Source of the DNA: a virus
Virus record (IMG/VR): IMGVR_UViG_3300009126_000404
Span: 64,001-128,000 of that record
Length of the DNA stretch: 64,000 nt
Reading direction: 5' to 3' (one strand)
Both the position numbers and the translations under genes were made by a program. Of this stretch, positions 38,479-47,232 are shown in pieces; position 1 is the first letter of the stretch, and every line of letters starts with the position of its first letter. The notes under the pieces were generated by a model. It ran no database searches, was not told the origin of the DNA, and was given only the letters and a program-made list of their open reading frames with translations.

Positions 38479-39251
38479 AAAACAAACATGTATTTGTTAG
38501 TTTTGAACCTGGTGCACGTGGACATAAACTTGCTAGAGTAATAGCAACAATGCCTTGTATGCATTGGTATAGTTGTGAAGAGAATGGAATTAATCCATGG
38601 AATGTGTCTAAACCACATTTATCAGCTAGACAAAGACAATTAAGCAGATACCATTTTGATAGAATAACTCCAAAAGGTAAACTTCCTCCTCCACATGATT
38701 ATGTAGAAAAGTATATGCCTAATGAAAAGCATTATTATAAATTGTTTGATGAATTATTTGAAAAAAATGGCGGTGATGATATTATTAATAATGGTGAAAG
38801 AGTACTATTTTGTACACATAGTATGCCTGCTAAAATACTAGAATATTTTCCTCACAGTTTGATTTTTAATATTATACATGATCCAGAAACTACAACAAAC
38901 AGATATATTGACCTTGTTACGCAATTTCCTGCATATGTTAAACACTATGGCGTAGTTCCAAAGGATAACGAATACTTAGCATTTTTAAAAATATTGCACG
39001 GTAGAAAGAATGATCTAAATGTAGCTGATGTATGGGCATTTGAAAGAAAGAAAAAGTTTTATGAACCTGCAATGGAAGATAGACTTAGAAAAGAAACATA
39101 TGCTAAAATGCTTTCAAGCAACATATTTCGTAAAGCAGTTAATCATGAACGTGTAATGAACATTCCACTAGGTAAATTCAATTATAAAGAACTGAAAGAA
39201 TGGTTAAGGGTTAGAACTACAGAAACAGAAGATCAGGTTCTAATTTCATAA
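38466..39251 (+). CDS. Hypothetical protein (possible sulfotransferase-like fold)
   Basis: FEPGARGHKLARVI N-terminal loop. Confidence 0.55.
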   Translation: MRKLKNKHVFVSFEPGARGHKLARVIATMPCMHWYSCEENGINPWNVSKPHLSARQRQLSRYHFDRITPKGKLPPPHDYVEKYMPNEKHYYKLFDELFEKNGGDDIINNGERVLFCTHSMPAKILEYFPHSLIFNIIHDPETTTNRYIDLVTQFPAYVKHYGVVPKDNEYLAFLKILHGRKNDLNVADVWAFERKKKFYEPAMEDRLRKETYAKMLSSNIFRKAVNHERVMNIPLGKFNYKELKEWLRVRTTETEDQVLIS

Positions 39252-39751
39252 TATCTTTTCTGATTTAACTTCCATATAACTTGTGGTACATAAAAAACTT
39301 CTTCCTCGTTAACATAAGTCAAAACTCCTTGCTTTTCTAAAACAATTGCACTTCTATGTATACGACTCATCTTACCACTTCTATCATTATTATCATATGG
39401 ACTAGTAGTAATATAGATATTAGGATTATTTGCCCATTCAATTTGTAATGGTAAATGATCATTAAATCCATAATTCTGCTTTTGATATTTACTTAATCCA
39501 TCAAGTTTTTTTAATTCAATTTGAGCTCCACGAAACAATGCACGATATCCATCTTTAAAAGGATGTATACCACTAATTGCTACCAAACGATTATTATTAT
39601 ATGTGCCCCACCAACTACCACCAGTTTCCATACACCACTCAAATTTTAGAGCATGTAAACTGTTATTGTTGGTGTAATTTCTGTTATCACATTCTTGCAT
39701 GAAGGTTTCAAGCTCATGTGAATTAGTTAGAATCTGCTTGGTGCTTGGCAT
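39233..39751 (-). CDS. GNAT-like acetyltransferase
   Basis: RLVAISGIHPF...YRALFRG strand/helix pattern; late-type promoter at 39757-39764. Confidence 0.5.
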   Translation of the reverse strand: MPSTKQILTNSHELETFMQECDNRNYTNNNSLHALKFEWCMETGGSWWGTYNNNRLVAISGIHPFKDGYRALFRGAQIELKKLDGLSKYQKQNYGFNDHLPLQIEWANNPNIYITTSPYDNNDRSGKMSRIHRSAIVLEKQGVLTYVNEEEVFYVPQVIWKLNQKRYYEIRT

Positions 39752-39765
39752 ACTGTTATTTATGC

Positions 39766-40602
39766 TTATTTTTGAAGGTAAAAATAACCCGGTGATGTAC
39801 TTCGTTTAACTTTGGTTACTTTTCCAATATGATTAAGATCGAATTGAGTTGATCCTACTTGTATATGTTCCTGTTGTAAGTCTTGCCAAGCATCAATGGC
39901 ATAAGATCTCCACATATTTTTATAATCTAAAAATTCTACGCCTTCACTAAATCTCATAAATTGCCAATACTTATCAGTATGAATATGATTCCAATCCCAT
40001 TCATGATCCATATGTTTTGTTTTTATGCATTCAGTTTCTAATTTAGGAAAAGCCGCATATGTTTCTATTTGAAGTTTATGGCGTGTACTAATACCATGCA
40101 TTTGTGGATTGATATGAAATTCATTATGAGCAGTTTTCCTATCTTTAATAATAAAACAATCACCTGGTGGTTGAAATCCTGGCTCGTCAAAGTGAATGTA
40201 AATAGTTTTTATTTGTTCGTAACCACATAACCATAATGCCATAAGTCTGCCACTACCTGGATGTACTCTATATCTATTATGCCAAGGTTCATGTAAAATT
40301 TGTGGATTATATGTTAATTCGTTATGTTGGATTAATTCGCATAGATAGAATATTTTGCTTACATCTTCCATTACATCTCTATATTCCATTGAATTATCAG
40401 TAATACCTGCATCAGCAAATTCCATTACAGCCTCAAATGGAACACGTCTAAAATCTTCCAATTTACTTACTATATCATCTTCAGGAGAATGTAATATGTC
40501 CCAATCTACATAACTAGACGCAAGAAACCCACCCAATCTGTGATGATTCTTAAGCCAATGATCAAACATGTATTCTCCTGTTATGTCTTTTAAGTGTTTC
40601 AC
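39766..40602 (-). CDS. Hypothetical protein (possible ParB/Srx-like segment)
   Basis: YRVHPGSGRLMAL motif. Confidence 0.5.
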   Translation of the reverse strand: MKHLKDITGEYMFDHWLKNHHRLGGFLASSYVDWDILHSPEDDIVSKLEDFRRVPFEAVMEFADAGITDNSMEYRDVMEDVSKIFYLCELIQHNELTYNPQILHEPWHNRYRVHPGSGRLMALWLCGYEQIKTIYIHFDEPGFQPPGDCFIIKDRKTAHNEFHINPQMHGISTRHKLQIETYAAFPKLETECIKTKHMDHEWDWNHIHTDKYWQFMRFSEGVEFLDYKNMWRSYAIDAWQDLQQEHIQVGSTQFDLNHIGKVTKVKRSTSPGYFYLQK

Positions 40603-41303
40603 CCTTCTGACAAAATTCCAGCTATGTTAGTATGCCAATCTGGTCCAGGATGATCGTTATCTCTTGCCAATGAAAAATTTGCCTTTGACAAGTCAAGTAT
40701 TTCTTTCTGTCTTAATACAATATCATTGTTTTCACAAAAATTAAACAACATTAATTTGTTCTTTTGATAATTATAATGATCACTTTTATCATTCATTAAT
40801 GTTAGATATGAACTTAACCAAGTTGGTGACTTTAATTCTTCTTTAATTGCTTCTTCTGACAAATTTCTAAACTTTTCTAATGCACCGTTTTCGTGTATAT
40901 GCTCTCTACGAGCCTTAAATGTCCACATAACGTATATTTTCTTTGGTTTAAATGTTTTACAATATGTTATGGCTAGCCTTGCTATTTGATCGTTACTAGC
41001 ACCGCTTAAACCGCAATTTACAGCGTCTAAGAGTACAGGATAAGGGTCATTTATACCATATCCAAATGTATAACTACACCCAAATGCCGCTGATGCTCCC
41101 ATTGCTGGAACTAATTCACCTCTATAACGCCAATCATTAATGTAATACTCTACACTCTCTTCTTGCCAACCTGGTGCACAACCTAATTTCTTTTCACCTT
41201 CATCAAGCCAATTTCTAGTACCAGGATCATCATGCCCTAATGTAAATGTACTGAACCAATCTTTTTCAAGATAACGTGCTTCTTTAAAGTCTGTGTGATC
41301 CAT
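40599..41303 (-). CDS. SGNH hydrolase-like protein
   Basis: AFGCSYTFG, GASNDQI, DHPG..WH. Confidence 0.7.
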   Translation of the reverse strand: MDHTDFKEARYLEKDWFSTFTLGHDDPGTRNWLDEGEKKLGCAPGWQEESVEYYINDWRYRGELVPAMGASAAFGCSYTFGYGINDPYPVLLDAVNCGLSGASNDQIARLAITYCKTFKPKKIYVMWTFKARREHIHENGALEKFRNLSEEAIKEELKSPTWLSSYLTLMNDKSDHYNYQKNKLMLFNFCENNDIVLRQKEILDLSKANFSLARDNDHPGPDWHTNIAGILSEG

Positions 41304-42037
41304 TAACTATCTTCCTTATTTAAATTAATATCGCCTTCCTTACCAGCAGTTATAATCTTCTTATAATGCTCAAATGCCTCATCAAACGAATCAAAAACAG
41401 CACGACAATAAAATTTTCGTTCTACAAACTTACCACCAAGTATTTCTTTAAGTATTGATGTTACTTCTGGGTAGTTAGAGAAGTCATCATCTAATGGCTT
41501 TCCTTTAAGTTCAATTTTAACATCAAATTGTCCTTTTGAACCTGAAGCACCTACAATGATATTAAAATTTGAAAACATTGCTCCTGAATATGCCCAAGTT
41601 TGACAAGCAATCTTAAACCATTCAGGATGTTCTTCTTTTTTCTGTTCAAAGAACTCTCTCCAATGATCATTGTCTCTTTCAATCTTACGAACTTTGTTTA
41701 CATCTTCATCACTATCAAGTCCTAAATCAACTTCTGGATATCCACTAATTTCCATAAACTTAGTTCCACGAGCTATTAAAGTTTGATCTTCTTCAGCTTG
41801 ATCGAACCATTCACCATCAAGTCTATTCGGAAGTATTGCGTGTAACTGTTTTTCAACTTTATTTGTGTCGTCACCTGTTTCAAAGGCTTTAACAATAGTA
41901 TAACCTATTGTCATTTTAGTATTATTAAGTTGAGATTCTCGTTGACTAAGATCAACAGTTCTACCTATTTTAATTTCATTAGCATTACTAATGTCCTTAC
42001 CATGCCTGTGAAAGTACTTTCCGAAATAAATGTACAT
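41303..42037 (-). CDS. GIY-YIG-like (T5orf172) domain protein
   Basis: IYFG...IKIGRT...RESQLN...EKQLH...GEWF. Confidence 0.8.
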   Translation of the reverse strand: MYIYFGKYFHRHGKDISNANEIKIGRTVDLSQRESQLNNTKMTIGYTIVKAFETGDDTNKVEKQLHAILPNRLDGEWFDQAEEDQTLIARGTKFMEISGYPEVDLGLDSDEDVNKVRKIERDNDHWREFFEQKKEEHPEWFKIACQTWAYSGAMFSNFNIIVGASGSKGQFDVKIELKGKPLDDDFSNYPEVTSILKEILGGKFVERKFYCRAVFDSFDEAFEHYKKIITAGKEGDINLNKEDS

Positions 42038-42048
42038 TTAACCTCCTG

Positions 42049-42708
42049 TTAATTCCATCTATAAAATATATGTGAACCTATTTGTACAACCTTCATCATT
42101 CCACGATCATTTATCCAATATGGAGAAACAGAAGTAGTATGATAATGTGTTGCTCCTTCTGTAATATCTACTACAGAGTCTGATTCATAAACACTAAGAA
42201 CTAAATGTGCAATTTTTTCTGCTATATGAAGTGATTCTTCATCATACATTGTATCTTCCCTACCATCGCAATACCAACTAAATTGACATTTATTAATAAC
42301 AGGAAAATAAATACGTTCTTCTTCTGCTAAGTCTGTATGTTGTCTAGTTTTCCAACTCTCTCTAGTAGGACCTTGCTTAACAACCTCACAAACTGTATTT
42401 GGATAACGCCAATCTCCAACACGATTCATCACTACCATAGTTGTAGCATACATACCTGCATATCCATCACTACGTGCTTCGTGATACATATTCTCAGTCA
42501 AGCATTTTATATCTGCTTGTGTATAAAATTCAGTATTAAAACTATCATTAAGATAATCATCACTATTGAGAACTTCATGATAATCGGGAGCGATACCTGT
42601 TGTATCTGCGGCTAAGTCTGGTGCAGGCCAAATAAGTGACCCAAATGCGAATATTAAAATAGCAATCATAGTAAGACCGTTAACTGCCCAACCTAGTATT
42701 TTAACCAT
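42049..42708 (-). CDS. Cell wall hydrolase, SleB/Hydrolase_2 family
   Basis: CLTENMYHEARS, VMNRV, CQFSWYCDG, GATHYH, IGSHIFY. Confidence 0.92.
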   Translation of the reverse strand: MVKILGWAVNGLTMIAILIFAFGSLIWPAPDLAADTTGIAPDYHEVLNSDDYLNDSFNTEFYTQADIKCLTENMYHEARSDGYAGMYATTMVVMNRVGDWRYPNTVCEVVKQGPTRESWKTRQHTDLAEEERIYFPVINKCQFSWYCDGREDTMYDEESLHIAEKIAHLVLSVYESDSVVDITEGATHYHTTSVSPYWINDRGMMKVVQIGSHIFYRWN

Positions 42709-42738
42709 AATTTTGCCTCTTTTTTAGTTTATGTGTAT

Positions 42739-42767
42739 ATTATACGGCAAGATATCTTATTTGTCAA
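42739..42767 (-). promoter_or_regulatory. Sigma70 promoter TTGACA-N17-TATAAT with AAGAnnTCTT palindrome
   Basis: Hexamers at 42762-42767 and 42739-42744. Confidence 0.85.
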
Positions 42768-42779
42768 GTTTTTAAACCA

Positions 42780-42818
42780 CAAAAAAACCCTTGATTTGCA
42801 ATACAAAACAAGGGTTTA
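42780..42818 (-). terminator. Intrinsic terminator (AACCCTTG...CAAGGGTT + U tract)
   Basis: Inverted repeat with A run on +; same stem sequence as the 23016-23046 hairpin. Confidence 0.6.
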
Positions 42819-42850
42819 AAAGAAGTTTCGCTCATTAAATGAGCTAACTT

Positions 42851-43072
42851 TTAGTCACGATCAAACAATTTCCACACGATTACTGCAGAAATAAGACCAA
42901 CTAGACCAGCATTCCCAAGTTGTTGAACTATTCCAATGACGGTACCAATCACATCACCACCAAGGAAAGGAACACTACCACCGAATACGACTTGTAAAAC
43001 GATCGCTAAAGATATCAACGAAACGCCAATACCTGTTGCGGCCGCAACGCCGTTTGTGATTTTATCTATCAT
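42851..43072 (-). CDS. Small hydrophobic Gly-rich membrane protein (73 aa)
   Basis: AGGAG RBS; two hydrophobic segments separated by GGSVPFLGGD. Confidence 0.8.
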   Translation of the reverse strand: MIDKITNGVAAATGIGVSLISLAIVLQVVFGGSVPFLGGDVIGTVIGIVQQLGNAGLVGLISAVIVWKLFDRD

Positions 43073-43094
43073 ATGTTTCTCCTATTTTTTTTAT

Positions 43095-43310
43095 TTTAAC
43101 GTAACCATTTTCTTGATTTTTTGTATCTTAGGCTCGGCGGTCACTACCGGCACTTATTCTAACTTACTTTCAATTATAAAAAATCGCTTTTTTACAATCT
43201 ATCCTACGCTTTTTAGTGCGGTCGTTTGGACAAACCCGCCTTCCTTGAACCATAATATTGAGATGAAAAGTATCTCCATCGCAACCATTACGTTTTCTTT
43301 TAAATCTCAG
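43095..43310 (-). ncRNA. Candidate structured RNA or long 5' leader
   Basis: Non-coding, locally GC-enriched, several hairpins, complementary ends (AACGTAA/TTACGTT), begins just after AATAAATA at 43311-43318. Confidence 0.3.
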
Positions 43311-43361
43311 TATTTATTTGCAATTTACCTGAACTTAAATACAGGCTTTATTTAAAATAAA

Positions 43362-43523
43362 CTACTGTGATATCTTCTCTTTTATTTTTTGTGATAATTT
43401 TGCCTCTGCCGCTACTTCTGCTAACAGTTGGACTTCTTTAGGTTTAAGGTGTGGTGACATTTTCTTAATCTTTTTTGTCCACTCCTCAGTTAATTTTTGT
43501 AATTGTTTTTCGTCTTTTTTCAT
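43362..43523 (-). CDS. Small basic protein (53 aa, not in ORF track)
   Basis: MKKDEKQLQKLTEEW...KISQ; start overlaps the upstream stop. Confidence 0.45.
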   Translation of the reverse strand: MKKDEKQLQKLTEEWTKKIKKMSPHLKPKEVQLLAEVAAEAKLSQKIKEKISQ

Positions 43524-44029
43524 TATGCCGCTTTCTTAAATTCGTTTTCCATACTGTATGGAAGACCAAGTGAGAAACAAACATAACCTGCATCGGCTTC
43601 ATCGGCAAGACCTTCGCCTTGTAAAATCCACTTAATAGCAGTTTTACGATCATTTGCTCCATCAATAATAGTTTGAGTAATACGATCTTCAAATTCTTTT
43701 ACACGAACTTTTTCTTCTTCTGCTTCGGCTTCCATTACTTCATCAGCCGCTTTACCATAATGCTCGATTGCTTTTTTAAGTTCAGCATCTGACATAGCTG
43801 AAGTATTTAAACTTCTAGCATAACTCTTAGAATAAGCAGTTGAAGCCAACTCATAAAGAGTAGTTTCGTCTTGATAACGATCATACTCAGCAGGAGTATA
43901 AATTCCATACTCTGCCCAATGTTTAGGATCAGTAACAACCATACCAGACCATCTATTTTTAGGGTCTTCGTCAACCCAAGCCTGGGATTTAACGTTTATT
44001 GCTTCAATGTGTTGTACTAATGCATTCAT
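43523..44029 (-). CDS. Hypothetical early phage protein
   Basis: AAGGA RBS; under a sigma70 promoter; acidic helical protein. Confidence 0.75.
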   Translation of the reverse strand: MNALVQHIEAINVKSQAWVDEDPKNRWSGMVVTDPKHWAEYGIYTPAEYDRYQDETTLYELASTAYSKSYARSLNTSAMSDAELKKAIEHYGKAADEVMEAEAEEEKVRVKEFEDRITQTIIDGANDRKTAIKWILQGEGLADEADAGYVCFSLGLPYSMENEFKKAA

Positions 44030-44057
44030 AATATTTCCTTTTTTTAACTATACTTAT

Positions 44058-44086
44058 ATAATACGGTAAGATGGGTTACTTGTCAA
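44058..44086 (-). promoter_or_regulatory. Sigma70 promoter TTGACA-N17-TATTAT
   Basis: Hexamers at 44081-44086 and 44058-44063; spacer related to the other copies. Confidence 0.75.
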
Positions 44087-44097
44087 CCTTTTTTTAC

Positions 44098-44286
44098 CTA
44101 ATTTCTTACAATTATTAGGTTTTCTTCAAGAATAATCCCTTTATCTTGTGCCTCAGGTACCTCTTTGATACTATCTATAAGGTCTTTTGTAGTAACTTCA
44201 CTAATATTTATAACAAACTTATACACAAGAATTGCTAAAATAACCCCTATAAGTAAGATTAATATTGAGTTAAATTTCTCTATCAT
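44098..44286 (-). CDS. Small membrane protein
   Basis: N-terminal TM helix. Confidence 0.5.
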   Translation of the reverse strand: MIEKFNSILILLIGVILAILVYKFVINISEVTTKDLIDSIKEVPEAQDKGIILEENLIIVRN

Positions 44287-44561
44287 TGAGGCCTACCTAA
44301 ATGTAAAACCACATCATTGTCATAATATACTGCAAATGTATCAGCAAATTCCTTAATCATATGAGATTGAGGTCTATTATAACTAGGTGTACTTGAACCT
44401 CTGAACTTAATTCGCCTATCTTTGCTAGGTAGCAATCTTGTCACTTTACCATACAATGACATAGGAATGCCTTTGAATGTGCTACTCTCAGAATTAGGAC
44501 TAATATACTTTCGTAATAGTTTCTTATTCTCTTCGTTATAGTCTGCCCAAATTGTTATCAT
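44283..44561 (-). CDS. Hypothetical protein
   Basis: 92 aa; ATGA overlaps; contains copy 1 of a 38-bp repeat. Confidence 0.6.
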   Translation of the reverse strand: MITIWADYNEENKKLLRKYISPNSESSTFKGIPMSLYGKVTRLLPSKDRRIKFRGSSTPSYNRPQSHMIKEFADTFAVYYDNDVVLHLGRPQ

Positions 44562-44733
44562 TTTATCTCCTTACTATAATTTTTCCACCACTTCTCAAAA
44601 TAATTCTCAAAGTTAATCTGTTCTGCTTCTTCAGGAATATCAGTTCCACTATACATAAAATCAAATATCATTTGTTTAATTTCTTCTTTGTCCATTACTG
44701 CAAATGTATCAGCAAATTCCTTAATCATATGAG
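44328..44733. repeat. 38-bp exact direct repeat (44328-44365 and 44696-44733)
   Basis: tactgcaaatgtatcagcaaattccttaatcatatgag present twice; encodes HMIKEFADTFAV in two adjacent ORFs. Confidence 0.9.
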
Positions 44734-44779
44734 TTAAACTCCTATTAATTTGGTGCGGCTTATCAGTCTTGGCATACAC
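44558..44779 (-). CDS. Hypothetical protein
   Basis: 73 aa (GTG start); contains copy 2 of the 38-bp repeat. Confidence 0.5.
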   Translation of the reverse strand: MYAKTDKPHQINRSLTHMIKEFADTFAVMDKEEIKQMIFDFMYSGTDIPEEAEQINFENYFEKWWKNYSKEIK

Positions 44780-45154
44780 CTGTTTTAACTGACTAACTTA
44801 GCTCACCCTCATGTGGGCAACACGGCCCGCCTTTGTGAGTACCACATAAACCATTATACTCCTACTCCTAATAATGTTAAAATTATTGATAATGCGATTA
44901 GCGAACCAAATATTATGATGATCCACATCACGTAATAAACAATAGTTTCTATAATAAAATTCATACTAAATTTCCATTGTCATTAATACAACAATAACCT
45001 GCAAGGTTAGTATTATAAGTGCGCCTTCTAACATATTATGCTCCTATGTATGGTGCAAATGCTACTTTGCCCCAAAATATAAATTTTAACATCAGCAACA
45101 TTGCTAATGTTATAAATCCAAGCATAATAAAAATCTTCATTTTTACTGACAATC

Positions 45155-45508
45155 TCATATTGCTTGGCCCTCTGTTTGTTCCTTAATCCACCTTTCAACA
45201 AAAATAGTATCTTCATAGTTTTTTATCTTTACACTATTATCAACTATCTCAGGTGTTATAAGTTTCAACTCTAAAAAATCTACTAGCATATCCTCAAAAG
45301 GAATATTGTTAGATTTTGCCCAACGTAGAACCTTGTGTTCTTTTAAACGGCCTTCAAATCGTTTTTTACCTGTATACTTTTCAGCAAGTTCGCTCATGTC
45401 GTCAACTGACAATGTATCTATAATACAATCAGCAAACAATAATTTTAAGACACTGTGATCATTTCCTGTCCACGTTTTATCTATACCAAATCTTCTATTC
45501 ATACCCAT
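45155..45508 (-). CDS. Hypothetical protein
   Basis: 117-aa ORF with RBS. Confidence 0.6.
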   Translation of the reverse strand: MGMNRRFGIDKTWTGNDHSVLKLLFADCIIDTLSVDDMSELAEKYTGKKRFEGRLKEHKVLRWAKSNNIPFEDMLVDFLELKLITPEIVDNSVKIKNYEDTIFVERWIKEQTEGQAI

Positions 45509-45512
45509 AATA

Positions 45513-45932
45513 TTATCCTACGTGTGAAAGAGATGACATACCTTCTGACATCTCACAAATATATCCGTTAAGAATACTATCTTCGTATTCTTTTGTTCCT
45601 TTAGGTGGCATTGGGTGAAGAACCATGTTCTCGTTCCAATACTTGGTGATTTCTTCATAAGTTTTAAATTTAACTGGTGGGCTTGTATGTCTGCTTACCC
45701 AACTGTTACCTTCAAAAGTTAAAAAACGTCCTGCAACAAAGTCTCCTGTTTCAGCAGGTGTACCTTCGTTTTTTACACTCCACTCAAATACATAAAGACG
45801 ACTTGTTGATTTTTCTAAGCCCAACATTAGAGTTTTAGGAATAGTAACTCCACGTGTTTCATAAACAATTTCAACTTCTGCATAAGAAGGCTTTTTAAAT
45901 AAATCAACAAAAGGTTTAATATCTGCTTTCAT
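45513..45932 (-). CDS. Hypothetical protein
   Basis: 139-aa ORF, GGAG RBS. Confidence 0.65.
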   Translation of the reverse strand: MKADIKPFVDLFKKPSYAEVEIVYETRGVTIPKTLMLGLEKSTSRLYVFEWSVKNEGTPAETGDFVAGRFLTFEGNSWVSRHTSPPVKFKTYEEITKYWNENMVLHPMPPKGTKEYEDSILNGYICEMSEGMSSLSHVG

Positions 45933-45940
45933 ATAATCTC

Positions 45941-46234
45941 CTAAGAAAAAGTAATTCCAAAAAACTCAGTAGCAATACCAATATCTTTAACTGGTGCTCT
46001 ACCATCAGCACAACATACCTCATCATCACCAAATAACTCATCACCTGCTGGTATAACATCTTTAACAATCCAGTCTAAATGTTCAATTGCCGCATCAACT
46101 CTATTAAGTGCATCTTGTATACCAAATGCTTTTACATAAACACTATCAACGTGTGAACAATTCGCTTCTCTAGGGCGAATTCCAACCATATATTTTGTTT
46201 TAAAACTGTTTAAAAATGCTTTTGAGTTTTTCAT
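45941..46234 (-). CDS. Hypothetical early protein
   Basis: 97 aa; first gene after a consensus promoter. Confidence 0.65.
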   Translation of the reverse strand: MKNSKAFLNSFKTKYMVGIRPREANCSHVDSVYVKAFGIQDALNRVDAAIEHLDWIVKDVIPAGDELFGDDEVCCADGRAPVKDIGIATEFFGITFS

Positions 46235-46263
46235 ATCCTTCCTTTATTGTTTAATATAACTAT

Positions 46264-46292
46264 ATTATACGGCAAGATGTCTTGATTGTCAA
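46264..46292 (-). promoter_or_regulatory. Sigma70 promoter TTGACA-N17-TATAAT with perfect CAAGAtgTCTTG palindrome
   Basis: Hexamers at 46287-46292 and 46264-46269. Confidence 0.85.
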
Positions 46293-46391
46293 CCTTTAAC
46301 GGCGGCTACAGCCCTTACTGTATAAGGGCTTTAATTTTTTTTTTGATTTTTTTTGGATTTTTTGGTGAAAAATTGGTGAATTTGGGCAGAT

Positions 46392-46646
46392 TTACCCCCA
46401 ATCTTTTTTATCTCCAGCCGCTTCGTTATCAGCATAGCCGGCTTTATATGCAATAATTTCATCTTCTGTCATATTTTTTTCTTCTACCATTGGACTATTA
46501 TGTGTTCCACCAGTAAAATAGTGTGGGTTGGAACCACGACCATAATAACTATCAGCACCACCTCTGTCATAAGGACCACCATGTCGTCTTTCGTGTTTTA
46601 TAATGCTATCTATTTGTTTTTGTATATCTAACCCTAAATCATTCAT
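46392..46646 (-). CDS. Hypothetical phage protein
   Basis: RHGGPYDRGGADSYYGR motif; GGAG RBS. Confidence 0.7.
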   Translation of the reverse strand: MNDLGLDIQKQIDSIIKHERRHGGPYDRGGADSYYGRGSNPHYFTGGTHNSPMVEEKNMTEDEIIAYKAGYADNEAAGDKKDWG

Positions 46647-47230
46647 ATTATACTCCTTTGTATTAGTTGGTTAAAAAATTCTTTCTTATACAAACCTAGT
46701 ATTACAGATTGTAACAATCTTACATACTCTTTTCCTTGTTCGCTCCAAGGTTCTAAATACAATGTTAAACTCATTGCTAATTTCTCTGATCCAATTTGAA
46801 ATTCTAACTCATTTCTAAAAGGTTCATAAGCAGGATATGTGTTTAAAATGTGTAAATAATGTGTTATACTATCGCACCAGCTTTTATATATTCTTAGCCC
46901 CCATTTTGCATTTGGAGCACCTTTTGCTTTCATTTGTGGGACTGTTTCATCCCAAGTTCTTATACCAAATAAATTGTTTCCTTCTACTGCAAATCTACTT
47001 TTACCCCAGGCACTTTCATGTGCGGCTTGAGCAATAATAAGCTCTAATGGAACTTGCTTAGATAATGGATATTTTTCTTCATCTGTGTATAACTTATCTA
47101 CACAACTTTTAATTTCATATGCGAATTCTTTATTTGTTATTTCGGGTGGTGACAATGCTTTTGCATTTGTATAAAAGAATAAGGCCCACATAACGCCTGC
47201 TAAAATAATTAAATATTTCATTTTATACAT
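46643..47230 (-). CDS. Glucosaminidase (GH73/Bax-like) peptidoglycan hydrolase
   Basis: AQAAHESAWGKSRFA..GNNLFGI...Y..LNTYPAY; N-terminal TM/signal. Confidence 0.88.
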   Translation of the reverse strand: MYKMKYLIILAGVMWALFFYTNAKALSPPEITNKEFAYEIKSCVDKLYTDEEKYPLSKQVPLELIIAQAAHESAWGKSRFAVEGNNLFGIRTWDETVPQMKAKGAPNAKWGLRIYKSWCDSITHYLHILNTYPAYEPFRNELEFQIGSEKLAMSLTLYLEPWSEQGKEYVRLLQSVILGLYKKEFFNQLIQRSII

Positions 47231-47232
47231 AT

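Noticed and set aside
43095-43310. tRNA or tmRNA in the GC-enriched intergenic region
   Set aside because: No acceptor stem, T-loop GTTC or CCA end could be found
44328-44733. Repeat pair as a DGR template/variable repeat or a CRISPR mini-array
   Set aside because: Only two exact 38-bp copies, 368 bp apart, no adenine-specific mismatches, no reverse transcriptase or cas gene in the window
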